From: Eledone cirrhosa
Taxonomy: Eukaryota
Direction of reading: 5' to 3'
Assembly: GCA_964016885.1 (NCBI GenBank)
Contig: OZ024740.1
Coordinates: 245,706,001-245,770,000 of the forward strand
Length of the DNA stretch: 64,000 nucleotides
Shown here: in pieces, positions 36,481-52,167 of the stretch
How the letters are laid out: every line of letters begins with the position of its first letter
How positions within the stretch are numbered: position 1 is the stretch's first letter
Notes under the pieces: model-generated
Database searches by the model: none
Told to the model about the DNA's origin: nothing
The model's input: the letters and a program-made list of their open reading frames with translations, nothing else
Translations under genes and position numbers: made by a program

Positions 36481-39329
36481 GATCGCGCTGGCAGAAGAAA
36501 GGGCGGAACTGCCATTTATGTCCATAATTCTTTCTCAACAGAGGCTATGAACATATTCACTAATGGATACTGTGAGGCAGTCACTGTATTCAGTCAAACC
36601 AACAACCTATTAGTAGTTGGGCTCTATAGGCCACCCCAAACGCCTGTACCATGCTTCAAGGAATGCCTCAACAGCATAAAGTGTTTCATCCAAGAGTGTC
36701 ACCCTGACAACATCTTAATGATGGGGGACTTCAACCTCCCCGGAGTTGACTGGTCCACAAACACCCTGCCACCAGGTTCTTCTGCCTCAACCTCTGACAG
36801 GGAAGCTGTGGAATCGCTTCTTGACTTCATGGATGATTTCTTCCTATCCCAACTAGTGCTCGAACCAACGAGGTGCCACAAAAACGTCCTAGACTTAATT
36901 TTCAGCAATCACACTGACAATATCCACAATATTGCAGTGGAGAAAACTCTACTCTCTGATCATGACATGGTTCTCTGTGATCTGAGATTCCACCGTCCAA
37001 TATACAAACCCAATGTCATTTCTCCTGTCCATCCGTTTGACGCTATGGATTTCCACAATGCAAACTGGGAAGCGATCAGTCATGATCTTGCACATGTCGA
37101 CTGGTCCTTCACGCACACTCATACACCCACTAACATCAAAAAGTCCTGGCAGACATTTGTGGACACTGTTACAAACATATGTGCTAAACACACCCCATTA
37201 AGAACTATAAACAAATCTAAGAGCAGAATCCCTAGAAATAGAAAAACGCTCATCAGAAAAATTAAGAGAACGAACAAAAAAATCAACAATCTGAAATACT
37301 GTCAGCAGCAACACATCAACTTGACTGCCATTTCATCACTAGAGATTAAAAAACATAACCTCCAAAACAACATAATGTCCCTCATCAACAATCAGAGAAG
37401 AGCTGAAGAGGCCTGGGCCATTGAGAAGATCAAACTCAATCCCAAAGTGTTCTTTTCATTTGCAAAAAAACACAAAATCACTGGCTCTACTGTTGGCCCT
37501 CTAATTGATGAAAATGGCACTCTTCAAGACAATGCTAAAACCATGGGTGAGATACTGCAGAAACAATACTGCTCTGTTTTCAGCAATCCTGATATGGCCG
37601 ATCTGGGCTGTATCGGCGATGTTACTCCCCATTACACCTTATCGGACATAACGTTTGGCGCCCCTGATGTCTTGGCGGCAATAAAGGAAATCAAGCATAA
37701 TTCAGCAGTAGGTCCCGATAGGTTCCCTGCTTGTGTCTTGAAGGCGTGTCAACACCAACTTGCTTCTCCTCTTGCCAATCTGTGGCGGAACTCACTGGAT
37801 GCTGGATATGTGCCAGAAAACCTTCTATCCCAGTCTGTTGTCCCAGTTTTCAAAAAGGGAAACAAATCCCTTGCCGTGAATTACCGTCCAATCTCACTCA
37901 CCTCTCATATCATTAAGGTATTTGAGCGAGTGGTGAGATCGCGAATGACCCACTTCCTTGAGAGTAACAATATGCTGAACTCCAACCAGCATGGATTCCG
38001 TAATGGAAGGGATTGCCTGACGCAACTACTGCATCACTTTGATGACATTTTGAGAGCCTTGGGAGAGGGTTCCAACACTGATGTTATCTACCTTGATTTC
38101 AGCAAGGCCTTTGACAGGGTTGTTCATAACATTCTACTGAGAAAGCTGTCCAATATTGGTGTCACTGGAAAGCTGCTGCAGTGGATCAAGAGCTTCCTGT
38201 CAAACAGAACCCAACATGTTGTAGTTGAGGGAGTCAAATCAAGCCCAGCCAAAGTCAGTAGTGGAGTCCCACAAGGCACTGTGTTGGGCCCACTTCTCTT
38301 CATCATCTATATTAATGACATCACTGACATCATCAAACACAGCAACATTAAAATTTTCGCTGATGATTCCAAGCTCCAAAAGGTCATCAATGGCGTGGAT
38401 GACCGGATAAGCCTTCAGTCAGACCTACTGGCTGTTACCCAATGGGCAGAAAAGAACAACATGTTACTGAACGAAGACAAATTCGAACTGATCCACTTTG
38501 GAAAAGAGGATGCTCTGAAACTCCCGTACTCCCTTCCCTCCGGGGAAACTCTCGTGGCATCTAACAACATCAGAGACTTGGGAGTAACCGTGGACAGCAA
38601 CATAAGCTGGACCACGCATATAAGCAGCAAAATTGACATGGCCCGCAGAATGTGTTCCTGGATCCTCAGAACCTTCCAGTCGAGAGATTCCCGCACCATT
38701 ATCCTTCTCTTCTCTACTTTCGCCCGACCACACCTTGAATACTGTTGTCCACTGTGGTCTCCCCACACGAAACAAAGTATCATGAAACTTGAAGCTCCTC
38801 AAAGGGCAATCACGAAAAAGATAGATGGCATGTCAGACCTTGACTACTGGGGTCGATTGGAAAACCTGAAACTTTACTCACTCCAACGTCGCCGTGAGCG
38901 TTATATTATCTGCATGATGTGGAAAATGTTCCATCATCACTGCCCAAATGATGTTGGCATCGCCTTCAAGATACACCCAAGGCTTGGGCCCCGTGCTATC
39001 CGTCCCATTCAAAAATCTAAATCGCAACTCATAACAACAATACGGCACAATTATTTCACCTCAATCGGCCCTGCTCTCTTCAACATCACACCAGGACACG
39101 TCAAAACAGAAACTGACCACACAAAATTCAAGAAGTCTTTGGACAAATTCCTCCAAGTAATCCCGGACAAACCACCCACACCCGGATATGTCTCCGCAAA
39201 CAGTAATTCTCTTCTCGAATGGGCCATGGTGCCCAAATCCTGAATTGAAAGACTTCGCCAGGTGGTGCTATTAAGTTAGACATGGCCTGGGCCAATACTG
39301 GCCAAAACATTTCAAAGTTATTCAAAGTT

Positions 39330-39330
<1 letters not shown>
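36478..39330 (+). mobile_element. CR1-type LINE, 5'-truncated, young
   Basis: Uninterrupted ORF2, short 3' UTR ending CAAAGTTATTCAAAGTTA before (TA)n. Confidence 0.9.
36481..39243 (+). CDS. LINE ORF2: APE endonuclease (N-terminally truncated) plus reverse transcriptase
   Basis: The frame is open upstream of the listed ATG ([14 protein letters not shown]); motifs [67 protein letters not shown]. Confidence 0.92.
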   Translation, partial: DRAGRRKGGTAIYVHNSFSTEAMNIFTNGYCEAVTVFSQTNNLLVVGLYRPPQTPVPCFKECLNSIKCFIQECHPDNILMMGDFNLPGVDWSTNTLPPGSSASTSDREAVESLLDFMDDFFLSQLVLEPTRCHKNVLDLIFSNHTDNIHNIAVEKTLLSDHDMVLCDLRFHRPIYKPNVISPVHPFDAMDFHNANWEAISHDLAHVDWSFTHTHTPTNIKKSWQTFVDTVTNICAKHTPLRTINKSKSRIPRNRKTLIRKIKRTNKKINNLKYCQQQHINLTAISSLEIKKHNLQNNIMSLINNQRRAEEAWAIEKIKLNPKVFFSFAKKHKITGSTVGPLIDENGTLQDNAKTMGEILQKQYCSVFSNPDMADLGCIGDVTPHYTLSDITFGAPDVLAAIKEIKHNSAVGPDRFPACVLKACQHQLASPLANLWRNSLDAGYVPENLLSQSVVPVFKKGNKSLAVNYRPISLTSHIIKVFERVVRSRMTHFLESNNMLNSNQHGFRNGRDCLTQLLHHFDDILRALGEGSNTDVIYLDFSKAFDRVVHNILLRKLSNIGVTGKLLQWIKSFLSNRTQHVVVEGVKSSPAKVSSGVPQGTVLGPLLFIIYINDITDIIKHSNIKIFADDSKLQKVINGVDDRISLQSDLLAVTQWAEKNNMLLNEDKFELIHFGKEDALKLPYSLPSGETLVASNNIRDLGVTVDSNISWTTHISSKIDMARRMCSWILRTFQSRDSRTIILLFSTFARPHLEYCCPLWSPHTKQSIMKLEAPQRAITKKIDGMSDLDYWGRLENLKLYSLQRRRERYIICMMWKMFHHHCPNDVGIAFKIHPRLGPRAIRPIQKSKSQLITTIRHNYFTSIGPALFNITPGHVKTETDHTKFKKSLDKFLQVIPDKPPTPGYVSANSNSLLEWAMVPKS

Positions 39331-40357
<1,027 letters not shown>

Positions 40358-40998
40358 GCATAAACGAACTAAGGAAAAAATTAGAAATAAGAGGGATCAG
40401 ATGTTGTTTACTCAAGAGACGACTACGTTGGTATGGTCACGTGATGCGCATGAAAGACGACAGTTGTATAAAAAAAGTTCAGGGCAATAAAAATAGACGG
40501 TAGCCACGGAGTAGGCAGGCCCAGAAAAACCTGGGACGACTTGATAAATTAAGACCTCACACACTTACACCTCTCCAAGACAATGTCACTGGACCGAGAT
40601 CTTTGGCGCTACACAGTAATACAGAAGACCCGCCTTACCTAAGTACAAAGTGAAGCCTACTACAGTCAGTAGGCACCTCTAACAAAATACACCCCCGTAC
40701 CACTACCCCCACACCACCCCTTTCAATGTAAAGTTATGTTGGTACCACAACATCCACTCCGAAACAAATGAGGTCGTGTAGGTGTCACGACAAAAAAACA
40801 CACAAGCCACTGTAAAAACCTCCCAGTCCACACTGTAAACGTGGTCGGTGTTAGAAAGGGCATCTAGCCGTAGAAAACCCGCCAGACAGTCCTATGCGAG
40901 CAAGACAACCACTCTTGCCTCAAGTGGGAAAACTCCCGTCCAAACCCATACAAGCGTGGAAGATGGACGTTAAACAATGATGATGATGATAATGATGA
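40358..40998 (+). mobile_element. RTE LINE 3' end with (GAT)n tail
   Basis: [17 protein letters not shown]...[10 protein letters not shown]; tail GGACGTTAAACAATGATGATG. Confidence 0.88.
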
Positions 40999-41004
40999 TA
41001 CATA

Positions 41005-41050
<46 letters not shown>

Positions 41051-41053
41051 TAT

Positions 41054-43032
41054 ATCGACCCAATAGAGGGACCAGCAGTGTTAGTCGAAGGTAGTATAAT
41101 AAGTAAGGCAATGAAAGATATGAAGACGGGTAAGGCGGCTGGGCCTTCCGAAATAGTTGCTGAGATGCTGAAAGCCTCTGGAACGGTGGGACACACCATG
41201 GTCACCCGGATAGTAAACCAAGTCATACAGAATGGGGTTGTTCCGAAGGACTGGTGTAGCAGCATGATCGTTAACTGTTACAAGGGTAAAGTAGACGCCC
41301 TAGATAGGAGTAACTATAGAGGCATTAAATTAATCGACCAGGTCATGAAGGTCACGGAAAAAGTAATAGCGCAACTAATCAGAGAGAGAATTGACCTAGA
41401 TGAAATGCAGCTCGGGTTTGTGTCAGGCAAAAGTACCACAGACGCTCTTTTCATTGTACGACAACTACAGGAGAAGTACCTAGCTAAAAGTAAACCCCTA
41501 TACTTAGCTTTTGTCGACTTGGAGAAAGCCTTCAACAGAGTCCCCCGTTCCATTATCTGGTGGGCTCTTAGAAAACTAGGTGTTGACGAATGGTTTGTGA
41601 GAGCTATACAAGCCATGTATAAAGAAACAGTCAGCAAGGTTAGAATTAACAACGAATATAGTGAAGAGTTTAGCGTAAAAGTTGGTGTCCATCAGGGCTC
41701 TGTTCTTAGCCCCCTACTATTTATTATTGCCCTTCAGGCTATAACAGAGGAGTTCAAGACCGGCTGCCCATGGGATGATCTAACGCAGATGATCTAACGC
41801 TCATAGCTGAATCAATGGCCGAGCTAGAGAAGAAATTCCAAACATGGAAGCACGGCCTAGAATCAAAAGGCCTTAAAATTAACCTGGCTAAGACTAAAGT
41901 TCTAGTTTGTAGGAAAGAAAATAAGGTGCCGGTCCCTTCCGGGAAATGGCCATGCTCAGTGTGTAGGAAAGGCGTAGGTAGAAACTCCATTTTATGTCCC
42001 AAATGCAAAGTATAGGTGCATAAAAGATGTAGTGGGATCACAGGTAAGCTAAGAACCTAGATTTTACATGTGGCCGGTGCTCTGGTGCAATAAGTAGCAG
42101 CATGTGCCCACAAAATACTAGCTCTTTCAATTGCGCAGAGGGTTCTATAGAAATAGTGGACAGCTTCCGTTACCTGGGTGATAAAATCAGCAGTGGGGGA
42201 GGGTGTTCTGAAAGTACAGTAGCTAGAGTCAGAACGGGATGGAAAAAGTTCAGAGAGCTTATACCAGTATTAGCCGCTAAAGGGTTCTCCCTAAAAATGA
42301 AAGGCAGGTTGTATGATGCCTGCATACGAACAGCAATGTTGCAAGGCAGTGAGACCGGGGCATTGTGTGCAAAGCATAAACGAACTAAGGAGAACATTAG
42401 AAATAAGAGGGATCAGATGTTGTTTACTCGAGAGAAGGCTACGTTGGTATGGTCACGTGATGCGCATGAAAGACGACAGCTGTATAACAAAGTGCAGGGC
42501 AATAAAGATAGACGGTAGCCATGGAGTAGGCAGACCCAGAAAGACCTGATAAATTCCGACCTCACACACTTACACCTCTCCAAGACAATGTCACTGGACC
42601 GAGACCTTTGGCGGTACTCAGTAATAGAGAAGACCCGCCTTACCTAAATACAAAGTAAAACCTACTACAGTCAGTAGGCATCTCTAACAAAATACACCCC
42701 GTCCCACCACCCCCACCCCATCCACACCGCCCCTTCCAATGTAAAGTTATGTTGGTGCCACAACATCCAGGCCGAAACAAATGAGATCGTGTAGGTGTCA
42801 CGACAAAAAAAACACACAGTCCACGCTGTAATGTGGCCGTGTAGGCAACACGGTAAAAACCTCCCAGCCCCACAGTGTAAATGTGGTTGGTGTTAGGAAG
42901 GGCATCCAGCTGTAGAAAACCCGCCAGACAGTCCTATGCGAGCAATGACAACCACTCTTGCCTCAAGTGGGAAAACTCCCGTCCAAACCCATGCAAGCGT
43001 GGAACATGGACGTTAAACGATGATGATGATGA
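41054..43032 (+). mobile_element. RTE LINE, 5'-truncated, RT through 3' tail
   Basis: Same family as 34400-35198; includes WPCSVCRKGVG...CPKC zinc-finger-like segment, frameshifts, and a (GAT)n tail. Confidence 0.92.
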
Positions 43033-43148
43033 TATATATACACATATATATGTATATATATGTATATATACACATATATATATATATATATATATCAAAC
43101 CCATCCAAGCGTGGAAGATGGACGTTAAACGATGATGATGATGCTATA

Positions 43149-43185
<37 letters not shown>

Positions 43186-43189
<4 letters not shown>

Positions 43190-43520
43190 TCATCATTTTA
43201 CGTCTGCTTTTCCCTGCTTGCAAGGGTGAGACCAGAACTGATTCTGGCTTGATTTCTACAGTTGGATGCCCTTCCTAACACCAACCTCATTAACAGTGAG
43301 TGCTGGGTGCTTTTTTGCCATGGCACTTCCACGACCACTTTGCAGTGGAATGATAGGGGCCCCAGTCCATATCATCTCATTTCTACAGCTGAGTAAACTG
43401 GAGCAATGTGAAATAAAGTGTCTTGCTCAAGGAAACAACACATCACCCAGCCTGAGAATTGAACTCACAACCTTTCGATTGCAAGGCCAATGCTCTAACC
43501 ACTAAGCCACGTGCCTCCAT
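43186..43520 (-). mobile_element. tRNA-derived SINE with RTE-like tail
   Basis: Minus: A box TGGCTTAGTGG, B box GAGTTCAATTC, CCTTGAGCAAGACACTT core, tail GACGTAAAATGATGATG. Confidence 0.8.
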
Positions 43521-43557
43521 ACATATATATATACATACATATATATATGTATATATG

Positions 43558-43620
<63 letters not shown>

Positions 43621-43742
43621 GTATATATATATGTATATATATGTATATATATGTATATATATATGTATATATATATGTATATATATATATATATGTATAT
43701 ATATATGTATATATATATGTATATATATATGTATATATATAT

Positions 43743-43918
<176 letters not shown>

Positions 43919-44149
43919 ATATGTATGTAAGAGATGTCAACATGAATGGATCTGTTATTTTTATCTAAAGACATTTTTTTCCAATTCCATCCCACCCGTC
44001 CCCTCAATCTATCTTATTTCTCATTCTTTCTTCTGATGAAAGAGTAGCGTCCGAAACGTTAAAATCCTATTCCTGCTATATCAAGCGTTAACCTAACATA
44101 TCTCTTCCATATACTGTACTGATTGTGTTGTTATTTCTGTTTACCTTTT

Positions 44150-44194
<45 letters not shown>

Positions 44195-44237
44195 CATTTA
44201 TATATACATAGAAGTTCCACAACAGTTAGTTCACCAT

Positions 44238-44280
44238 ACCGAGAACAATTGTTTCACCTTATTAGGATCCTCAGCTCAGT
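44238..44280 (-). ncRNA. Minimal hammerhead ribozyme
   Basis: Minus: ACTGAG-CTGAGGA-t-CCT aata AGG-t-GAAA-CAATTG-TT-CTCGGT; 6-bp stem I, palindromic stem III; next to (TA)n. Confidence 0.8.
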
Positions 44281-45009
44281 CTAAATGAAGTTGTATGGAA
44301 AAGGAAATACAACTGTACAACTACACATATGCAGAACTAGTCAGTTCTCCTGGGGGAGGTAAACCCACAATAAATCGATGAAGACTGGCGAGAAACATTG
44401 AGACTGTAACAATCAGTTTAAGAATACTAGTCTAAATATATTAGTGTATCGTAATAATTTTTCATCTCAGATATTCAGAGAAAAAATATATATTAGATAT
44501 ATTCAATCAATATCTGTCAGCCCATGGCACTTGAGCCTTTCAGCGGGAGCTAGGCCGATGACAATTAAGTTTTTGTCATTGTTGGTTGCTTGTCTTCCTG
44601 AAGTATCAGTTGATTCTTGTGAGAGTGCTTAAGTACTACATCACCTTACTTTTACTATCAATAGTAATATGGTGTTTTGGGTTACCTCAAAACATTTTGG
44701 GGGCAAAACCAGAGTTCCCTTTCATAGTATATAGTTGAGGGAACATGTCTTTGCATTTTTCTTTTTGACTCATTTTTATTCATATTGTTCATTTGCTTTC
44801 TCTAATCAATATATATGATCTTTTTTTTTAATATACATGAGCATAAATTTCATTTACATAAATATTTCAGATAATAAACAGCTGAAAAGGAAATATATAA
44901 ATAATGAAAAAAATAAATGGGTCAATGAGGGAAATATATTACACAAAAATATATAACCAAAACGAGAAAAGAAAAAAAACTGTCAATTCAATACTAAGTG
45001 CGACAATTG

Positions 45010-45430
45010 GTGGCACACCACCAGAGTCATCTGAAATTTTTTAGGCAAGCCGACACGCTCACGCCATTACTGTGAGTAATAGCAAGGCTAAGATGCAGAA
45101 ACAACCAAGAACCCCCACGGGCACCACATGATATCTCATAAGGCGAGCTGCTAACTATGACAAGAACTTCGCTGTCAGTGATCTCAAATGTCACAGGCTG
45201 GAAAAAAATAGCTGATAATTCCAGGTATTTTAGGATTTCATTCCGTTTGGCTACGGAAGCAGGGACCCTCACATTTACCGCAGCATCCAGGATATGGGAG
45301 GAAGCAAGAGTCACTGATTGTGGCGTCCTAGATGAGACATCCACCTCTTATCCAGGGACAGTTATCAATTCTGGATAATCCAACCGGCTCTAGAACAGAG
45401 GGAATATTTACTAGAACTAGGGCCTGCCTA
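45010..45430 (-). mobile_element. CRE-like RLE retrotransposon 3' fragment
   Basis: KYLEL...FFQPVTFE...WLFLHLSLAI; homologous to 49400-49700 and 62040-62310. Confidence 0.6.
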
Positions 45431-45726
45431 ATGATCTATGTATATAAACAAATTTGAAGTTTGAGGCAATTTTTGAGATATACTTTACATGTCGAACTTG
45501 AAACATAAACAAGCACGAAATGCTACTGGCCTGCTAACATATATGGGGGAAAGTCTAAGTGGTCATTGGACCTGCTAGAAACAGTACCCAAATCTCACTC
45601 AAATCACATCCTATTGCTTTAACCAAAGAAAATGGAAGGACACATTAGATAACATAGCCATCGATATATTGTCTGATGAAATATAGAATGGTCATAGCTG
45701 AAACATATCTGTTGGATGAGAGCTAA

Positions 45727-46100
45727 GGGGCGACGTCCATACTCAAATCGCCACGCAAAACGTCAAAATGACGTTTTGGACGTGACCCACCCACCCAGTA
45801 CCGAAAACGTCAAGCGTGACAAAGATGAAAAACACTCATAAAAACCCTCAATTGACTTAGGGTTAAAAATTAGGAATGTTAATCAGTCTTCTTTTGTCGA
45901 TAAAAAGTTATCACACACACACACATACACACATGGTGAAAAAAAGCTCTATAAAGTTGAACAATGCTTATAAATTAATTTATCTCAAATGACTTTTAGA
46001 AATAGGGGCAAAGCAAATTTTATGGAATTTAAAGCAAGTTTCAGTGGGGGGGGGGGGACAAATTTAAGTGGGAGGGACAAATAAGTATGGACGTCGCCTC
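45727..46100. mobile_element. PIF/Harbinger-like MITE
   Basis: TAA-GGGGCGACGTCCATACT ... AGTATGGACGTCGCCTC-TAA (16/17 TIR match, 3-bp TAA duplication). Confidence 0.8.
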
Positions 46101-47021
46101 TAACCTAAAGCTAAACAACAAATATATTCTCGGGTCTCGAGAATTAAATTTTGTTAATCTATCTCCGGCGAAATTTTCTTTAGACAAAAAAGAACATTAC
46201 AAGAAATCTCATATTATAAAATAAATAGGATGGGTTGGGGTCTCAATGTGTAAACTAAACGATTAATTTTGGTGTTTAAAAAGAATCAAGGGAGACAACC
46301 TACAAAAATTATCGATCATGTCTGTTCGGTGGAGAGTCGAACTATTAAATACGTTTCTCGAAACACGATCAACAGTGAAATTATTTGTTTGAATATTTAA
46401 ACCAAATTAAGTTGCCAGTCTGGTTTTAATTATTTAGACCCAAACTATGTTATCTAAATCAGCATCGAGTGGTATATACGGTTGTTAATAACTAAAAAAA
46501 ACACTTAATGTTTTTCGGATATTGTCCAGAAGATATATATCAGCGATATTTATATAACTCAACACGAAATAAGAATCCGGAAATTTGCTAGAAATAATTA
46601 AATAAAACAAGAGTATCTTTGACAATAGATCTATGGCAGGGATACCCTAAAAACTAATATAATTGTGTCTATTTTTGGCACAAGGCCAGCAATTATCTCA
46701 GTGCATTACTGGTGCTTTATTGTATCGATCCCGTAAGGATGAAAGACAAGAAGTGAAAAGAAAAAAATAGAATAAAATCAATGGAGAAAAATCAGCAATC
46801 GGTAAGAGAATTAACAAATAATTGAAAACAACCTTACATTAAAGGAGAGCGGAACCGAATTAGTAAGAGCTGGGTACGGATAGCTTACAAATATGTTTTG
46901 TATGAAAGCGGGTTGGGGTGACAACTAAGGGAGATAACTATGGATGACCACAAGGGAGCTTCTCCGTAGTCACTCAATCTGCTAGAAATAACAGCAAAAT
47001 CTTTCTATAGGCTTACTAGAT

Positions 47022-47340
47022 AATTGTCTCTACTTTAGGCACAAGGCCAGCAATTACCCAGTGCATTACTGGTACTTTATTTTATCGACCCCGTAAGGAT
47101 GAAAGGCAAAGTCAACCTCGGCGGGATTTGAACTCAGATCGTAAAGGGACGTAACTATGCTGGAAAGCATGGCGTCCGACCCTCTACTGATACGGCCAAT
47201 CCACCGCCCTTACTAGATAATTGTTTCTACTTTAGGCACAAGGCCAGCAATTACTCAGTACATTACTGGTACTTTATTTTATCGACCCCGTAAGGATGAA
47301 AGGCAAAGTTAACCTCGGCGGAATTTGAACTCAGATCATA
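47022..47340 (-). mobile_element. Young tandem tRNA-derived SINEs (one full length 47022-47212, one truncated)
   Basis: B box GAGTTCAAATCC, core GACTTTGCCTTTCATCCTTACGGGGTCGATAAA (resembles the Meta/Sauria SINE core), tail GGCCTTGTGCCTAAAGTAGA.ACAATTAT. Confidence 0.85.
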
Positions 47341-48279
47341 GATAATGTAACAAGGAATGTGCTGTAGTTGAAAAACAAAAGAACAGGATTGGTCAACGCT
47401 TTACTCATTGAAACAGGGAGGTAGCAAATTGGCAAAGTCGTTAGAACGTTAGACATTTGCTCCGGCTTTCTGCGCTTTGAATTCAAAACACAACGATATC
47501 AACTTTACCTATCATCTTTTCAAGGTCGATAAAAAAGTACCAGTCCAGTAATGAATCGATTCTCTCTCTATCTATCTATCTATCGAAAGAAGACCAGGAG
47601 ACTGGAGAGATGGGCCGTATGTCACTACGGCATATGTCACTACGGCATCCCTACGCCTCCAGCAGGAGTTACGGGTCTATAATTACATACTACTCAATCA
47701 GAGTTGACCAGAGGGTTTAACAATATCAATAGGCATGATTTGGTTCTTACATAAGCACGATATTTCGTGTTTATAGTGCAGAGTGCAAGGGATTTAGAAT
47801 TATGCCATTCTTCAAAAGCATTGGCGAAGTTTATGAAATAATATGGCTCCTGTTGGAAATTGAAACTGAGGTTTGGTGGCTCTACGTCTAGGAAGCTAAC
47901 CTGAACTGTACTTAGGAATGCTTTTCACAAACATGACAGCGATATAAACGAAGGGATACGGCAGCAATTAGGAACTCAGTTGCACTTTACATCCCAAGTC
48001 TTCATATAGGATGGGTTACGTTTGTCTGCAAACACTTCTTTTTAAGCTATGTGTGAGTGTGCGCACGAGTTTTAGCAGCCAGCGCACCAAAGTTGAGTTG
48101 CTTAAAATAATGTAGTAATTTATAATCATACTTATTATGTGTTCAGTGTATACATAATTTCATCAAAGAGGTATTATCGTACTGAAAACAAATTATTTTG
48201 TCGTGATACACATGGTCGCGTACTTAAGAAGTTTGCTTCACAGCCATAGATCACATTGCTCGGAATATCACGGCTCCTT

Positions 48280-49800
48280 TCAACGTTTTGTACCTGGATG
48301 ATGCCACGTTGGGCGAGCTCGTGGAAACTGTCTGTCACGATCTGCGATTGGTGGTTCCTGCTCTGGCGAGAATCGGTCTCGAGGTCAACTCGCCCAAGTC
48401 GAAGGTAGTGAATGTCAACTACGACACAGAGGGCTTTGCAGCCTCCGTTTTGGGGCGTGCGGTCCATTCTCCAACAGGTACAGATAGCCCCGAAAGAGGA
48501 TGTCCCGATCATCGGGTCACCGCTCCTCCCGCCGGCCATCCGGTCCAGGCTCCAGCAGTTCACGACCCTCAAAACAGACTGGGCATGATTGATGCTCATC
48601 CAGCCTCCTTCCTGTTGAGGAACTGCTTCACCATGCCGAAGCTCCTCTACACATTTCGTAGCGCTCCTTGCTACGGACACCCATATCTCCTCGCTGACCT
48701 CGATACTTGTATCCGAGCGGCAGCTGAGGAGATATGCAACGTCGGGTTTGACGACTTTGGATGGCAATAGGCCACCTTACCTGTTAGGAACGGTGGCCTT
48801 GGTCTCCGGTCTCAATGGTTTTGCCGGCGTTTCTTTCGTCGGTAACCTCTTGCCGCGTCCTCATCAACAGCATTCTCCACAACACAATGGGACCCACCGT
48901 GATCGAGGACGGCAAGACCGCCTGCGAGACTTGGAACCGCCTTGGAATCCGCCCAGTAGACGTCCCTTCTACTCTTTCCCCTGTAGAGGTCAAAGCCCCA
49001 TCCCACCTAGCATATGGAATGCCATCCAGTGCGACATCACTTCGGACAGGCTAGCACGCAAGTTCGACCAGCGCTGCCAAGCATGTTTTCACTCAGGCAT
49101 TGAGCCTCCTTTTCGACTGGCACACAGTTGGACAATGATAGCCTGCGAATCGCGGTTTCCTTAAGGCTCGGCCTCCAGGTCTGCGAGCCTCACAAATGTC
49201 GGCCTCCACCCACTGTCCTATCGCTACAGTGCCGGCCGCCTTCTACGCCATGCTGCTCCCAACGAGGTCATATAGCATGGCTTGGATACTGCAGGCTTCC
49301 CCTCCCAGCTCGAGCTGAACTAAGGAGACGACAAAAGGCCTGACGGGATGACTTCCTTTCCGCTCAGCTGTGGTAAACCCCTCATCTGGAATGCCACATG
49401 CAGTGACACATTCTCCAGCGGCAACCTGGTGCAGTCTGTGACTAACCCAGGCTCTACTGTACTTCGAGCCGAGGAGGATAAACTCTCCAAATATTAGTTG
49501 CTCTTCGACAGGTTTGCGGTCGAGTCCCTAGCAATGGGGATTTCTGGTGTCCTTGGCCCTAGGGCCACCTCCCTACTCACCACCATCGGCAGAGTTGGTT
49601 CCCGCAGGTGTGAGCCTCGCGGGCTTGAATGGCTCGTCCAGCGCGTCTCCCTCACCATCTTCCCGGGAAACGCCTTCTCTATTCTGTCCGCCGGGACCTC
49701 GGGGCGGCCAGCGCGTGGGCCCCTATTTGCTCACAATAGAGAGAGCAGGAGAGACGGAAGCAGTGACAGTGGGAGTTTGGTTCTTTTGTGTTCGGAACTA
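48280..49800 (+). mobile_element. CRE-like RLE non-LTR retrotransposon fragment (RT end to endonuclease)
   Basis: YLDDATLG, LLRNCFTMPKLLY, LPVRNGGLGLR, LRIAVSLRLG..CEPHKC, RPDGMT...GKPLIWNATCSDT, WLVQRVSL...GNA. Confidence 0.8.
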
Positions 49801-49897
49801 GTGTATATGTATATGTTTATTTACTGCACAGTGTGTTACATACACACACACATTAAGACTACGACAATTGAGTGCCTTCTGGATACTATAAAGCATC

Positions 49898-50267
49898 TGT
49901 AGCGGTTGTCTCCCTTGTTTGGATTAACGTCTGGACGGGAAGTGGGGCCCTTTCTGTAACTTCCGGTCAGAGCCCTATAAAACTAACAACTTTAAGCTCT
50001 CTTTCTCTCATTGCCTTTTCGGCACCAGGTCAAGAGCCTCTCATTAGGCTCTGCCATTCATTTGGCCAACAGGCGCCTGGCCTTAGCCAGGCGTCCTCTG
50101 CCAGCCGCGTTTGCCTGGCAATCAAAACGGTAACTACTAACTTTGCTTCATTCTATCAACCTCATCTTTGACATGTCAACTATACTATCTACCATTGTTA
50201 ATTAAATATTATACAAACAAACAATGTATTCCTTGTTACATTCATACAACCCAGTATCCTCGCTATA
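49898..50267 (+). mobile_element. Solo LTR (Gypsy-like), 370 bp
   Basis: CATC-TGTAGCG...CGCTAtA-CATC (4-bp duplication, short inverted termini); TATAAAA near 49976; ATTAAA near 50200. Confidence 0.75.
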
Positions 50268-51337
50268 CATCTCATATGATGAATCGCTGAAGAATTGTAT
50301 TTAATAAAAGGCAGTGTCAACTATAGTCACGGGCTAACTAATTCCTTGGGAATGAAACTGGAAAGGAATAGTAAGTATTGAGCTCAACAAAAAGTAACAA
50401 ACTCAATATTACCGGCCTCGTTAAGCAATCCTAGATTAATAAGCATTTGAGCCATGATCATCCCGTGCTTTTTTTATTATTTTTATTAATGAGTGTCATT
50501 TGAGAGAGAAATAGCAGCTATTTCTGGGCTGTCGAACGATTGCGTACATAATCTTTCGATAATTCAAAGTTGTTTTAAGAAAAGTGAAGTTATGTTAATG
50601 TTGAAAGCTCGAGCATTCAGATGAAGTTAGTGAACAAAGTGTCCCAAATGAAATCAGAATTCCTGAAATTGGTAGAGATAACCAACAAATTTGAGTATCG
50701 TAGTGTCAAGAACGGATTGCTCTATTTTTGTATAATACTTTCAGTAAATGTTTACTGTTATACCCGTCTCGCAGGCACGTGGGGGAACCACAGAAAAGGA
50801 GTGATTTACGACGATTTTGAAGGCCATATTCCTTCAAAATATATCAACTACCCTTATAATAAAAATTATTATTACACCGTTGTCGCTCGGAGATGGGTGT
50901 AATAATAAAAAAAATTTGCATGTATACAGATAAATCGATTGCCAATAAAATACACAAAGGAACTTCTAAGTAGTTGCTCGACTTGTTAGAAATAACAGAC
51001 AAATCTCTCTCAAATTACACATCTTAATAAAAAGGACACACATTATATAATGTAGTCCTAGATACACCCCAAAACAAGATGGCATGGTCATGGCTAGAAT
51101 GCCGTTGATTATATGTCCACTTAATCAACAACAATAACAATAGTCGATTAGATTCACTACCACACATATCTACAAACGTTATCTTCGTGCCTGATTGAAA
51201 CAAATTGATATTCAGTATAAAGAATGTATTGAAAGGGATTAGTGGGGATTAGCACCGATTTTTTAAAATGGTGATTTGTATATGGACTTGCGTATTCACC
51301 GTTTCGAAACGTGCACATAAAATAAAATGAAACTTAC

Positions 51338-51428
51338 TTTTGTTGTCAATATTTGTTCAAGTTGTTTCTGCTTGGGTGACGTTGGTTGTCCGAATGAAAT
51401 AAGATATAGTTGGTAATGTTTGTTTATA
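51338..51428 (-). promoter_or_regulatory. Candidate TATA+Inr promoter and 58-nt non-coding first exon (possibly of cathepsin B)
   Basis: Minus strand: TATAAA at 51428-51423, TCATTC initiator with A at 51395 (33 nt downstream of the first T), ATG-free 58 nt, then a perfect GTAAGT donor at 51337. Confidence 0.4.
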
Positions 51429-52167
51429 TGACTGTACTTCTAAATTCGATCATATGACTTTTCCTATTATTTTATGTATTTATTTATCTATTTTTATCTC
51501 ATTTTATGATCGTTTAGTCATCACGTCTGTTCTAATTCTTTTTTCCTTTTTTTTTCCCCTCCTCTCTTTAATTTCTTTCTCTTCTGTCTTCTTTTCCTCT
51601 ACCGCTCTCTCTTCTCATGTCATTATCTTAGTTTCTGTTCAAACACATGACCATTCTTACCCCAATCACAAAAAACGTGATTGTATATTATTTACTTATC
51701 GCTGAAGTTTGGCAATTTGACCTAAAATGAAATAAAAAGACCATATCTTTATCTAAAATGAGTATCTATTTTAGATAATAAAATTATGGTCTCTGTACTT
51801 CGATTTTGGTTCAAATTCTAGAACTGAAAGATAAATATATAGCGGAGCATGGCACTTAAACGGTTTCCATATTTTTCGGAGAAAAAAAGAAATGAAAGCT
51901 GTTAGAGGTGTCGTTAAAAGAAATTGAAACTTAATTATTTATTTTTCCTTTCATAATCGCAATTTCCTCTGTTTAAAAGGCAGAAATGTTCGAAAGATAT
52001 TGGAAAACAAAAAAAGGTGTGACCATTTCGGTGTTGATTCCAAACTTCTACCACATACTATATAGAGACCTGTCCTGCAGATAGGATACGGCCACCAGGA
52101 ATGATGGCTAGTTGCGATATAAGCGGGGAAACTGCTGGTCAATTAAACAACCCCGGACCAACAACTT

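Noticed and set aside
36547-39243. Host gene or domesticated reverse transcriptase
   Set aside because: 5'-truncated within the endonuclease, with a LINE-type tail in microsatellite; best explained as a recent insertion.
43440-43520. tRNA gene
   Set aside because: The A and B boxes belong to a SINE head followed by core and tail; no proper cloverleaf.
51680-51840. Imperfect AT-rich hairpin
   Set aside because: Too degenerate, with no clear termini or target duplication, to classify.
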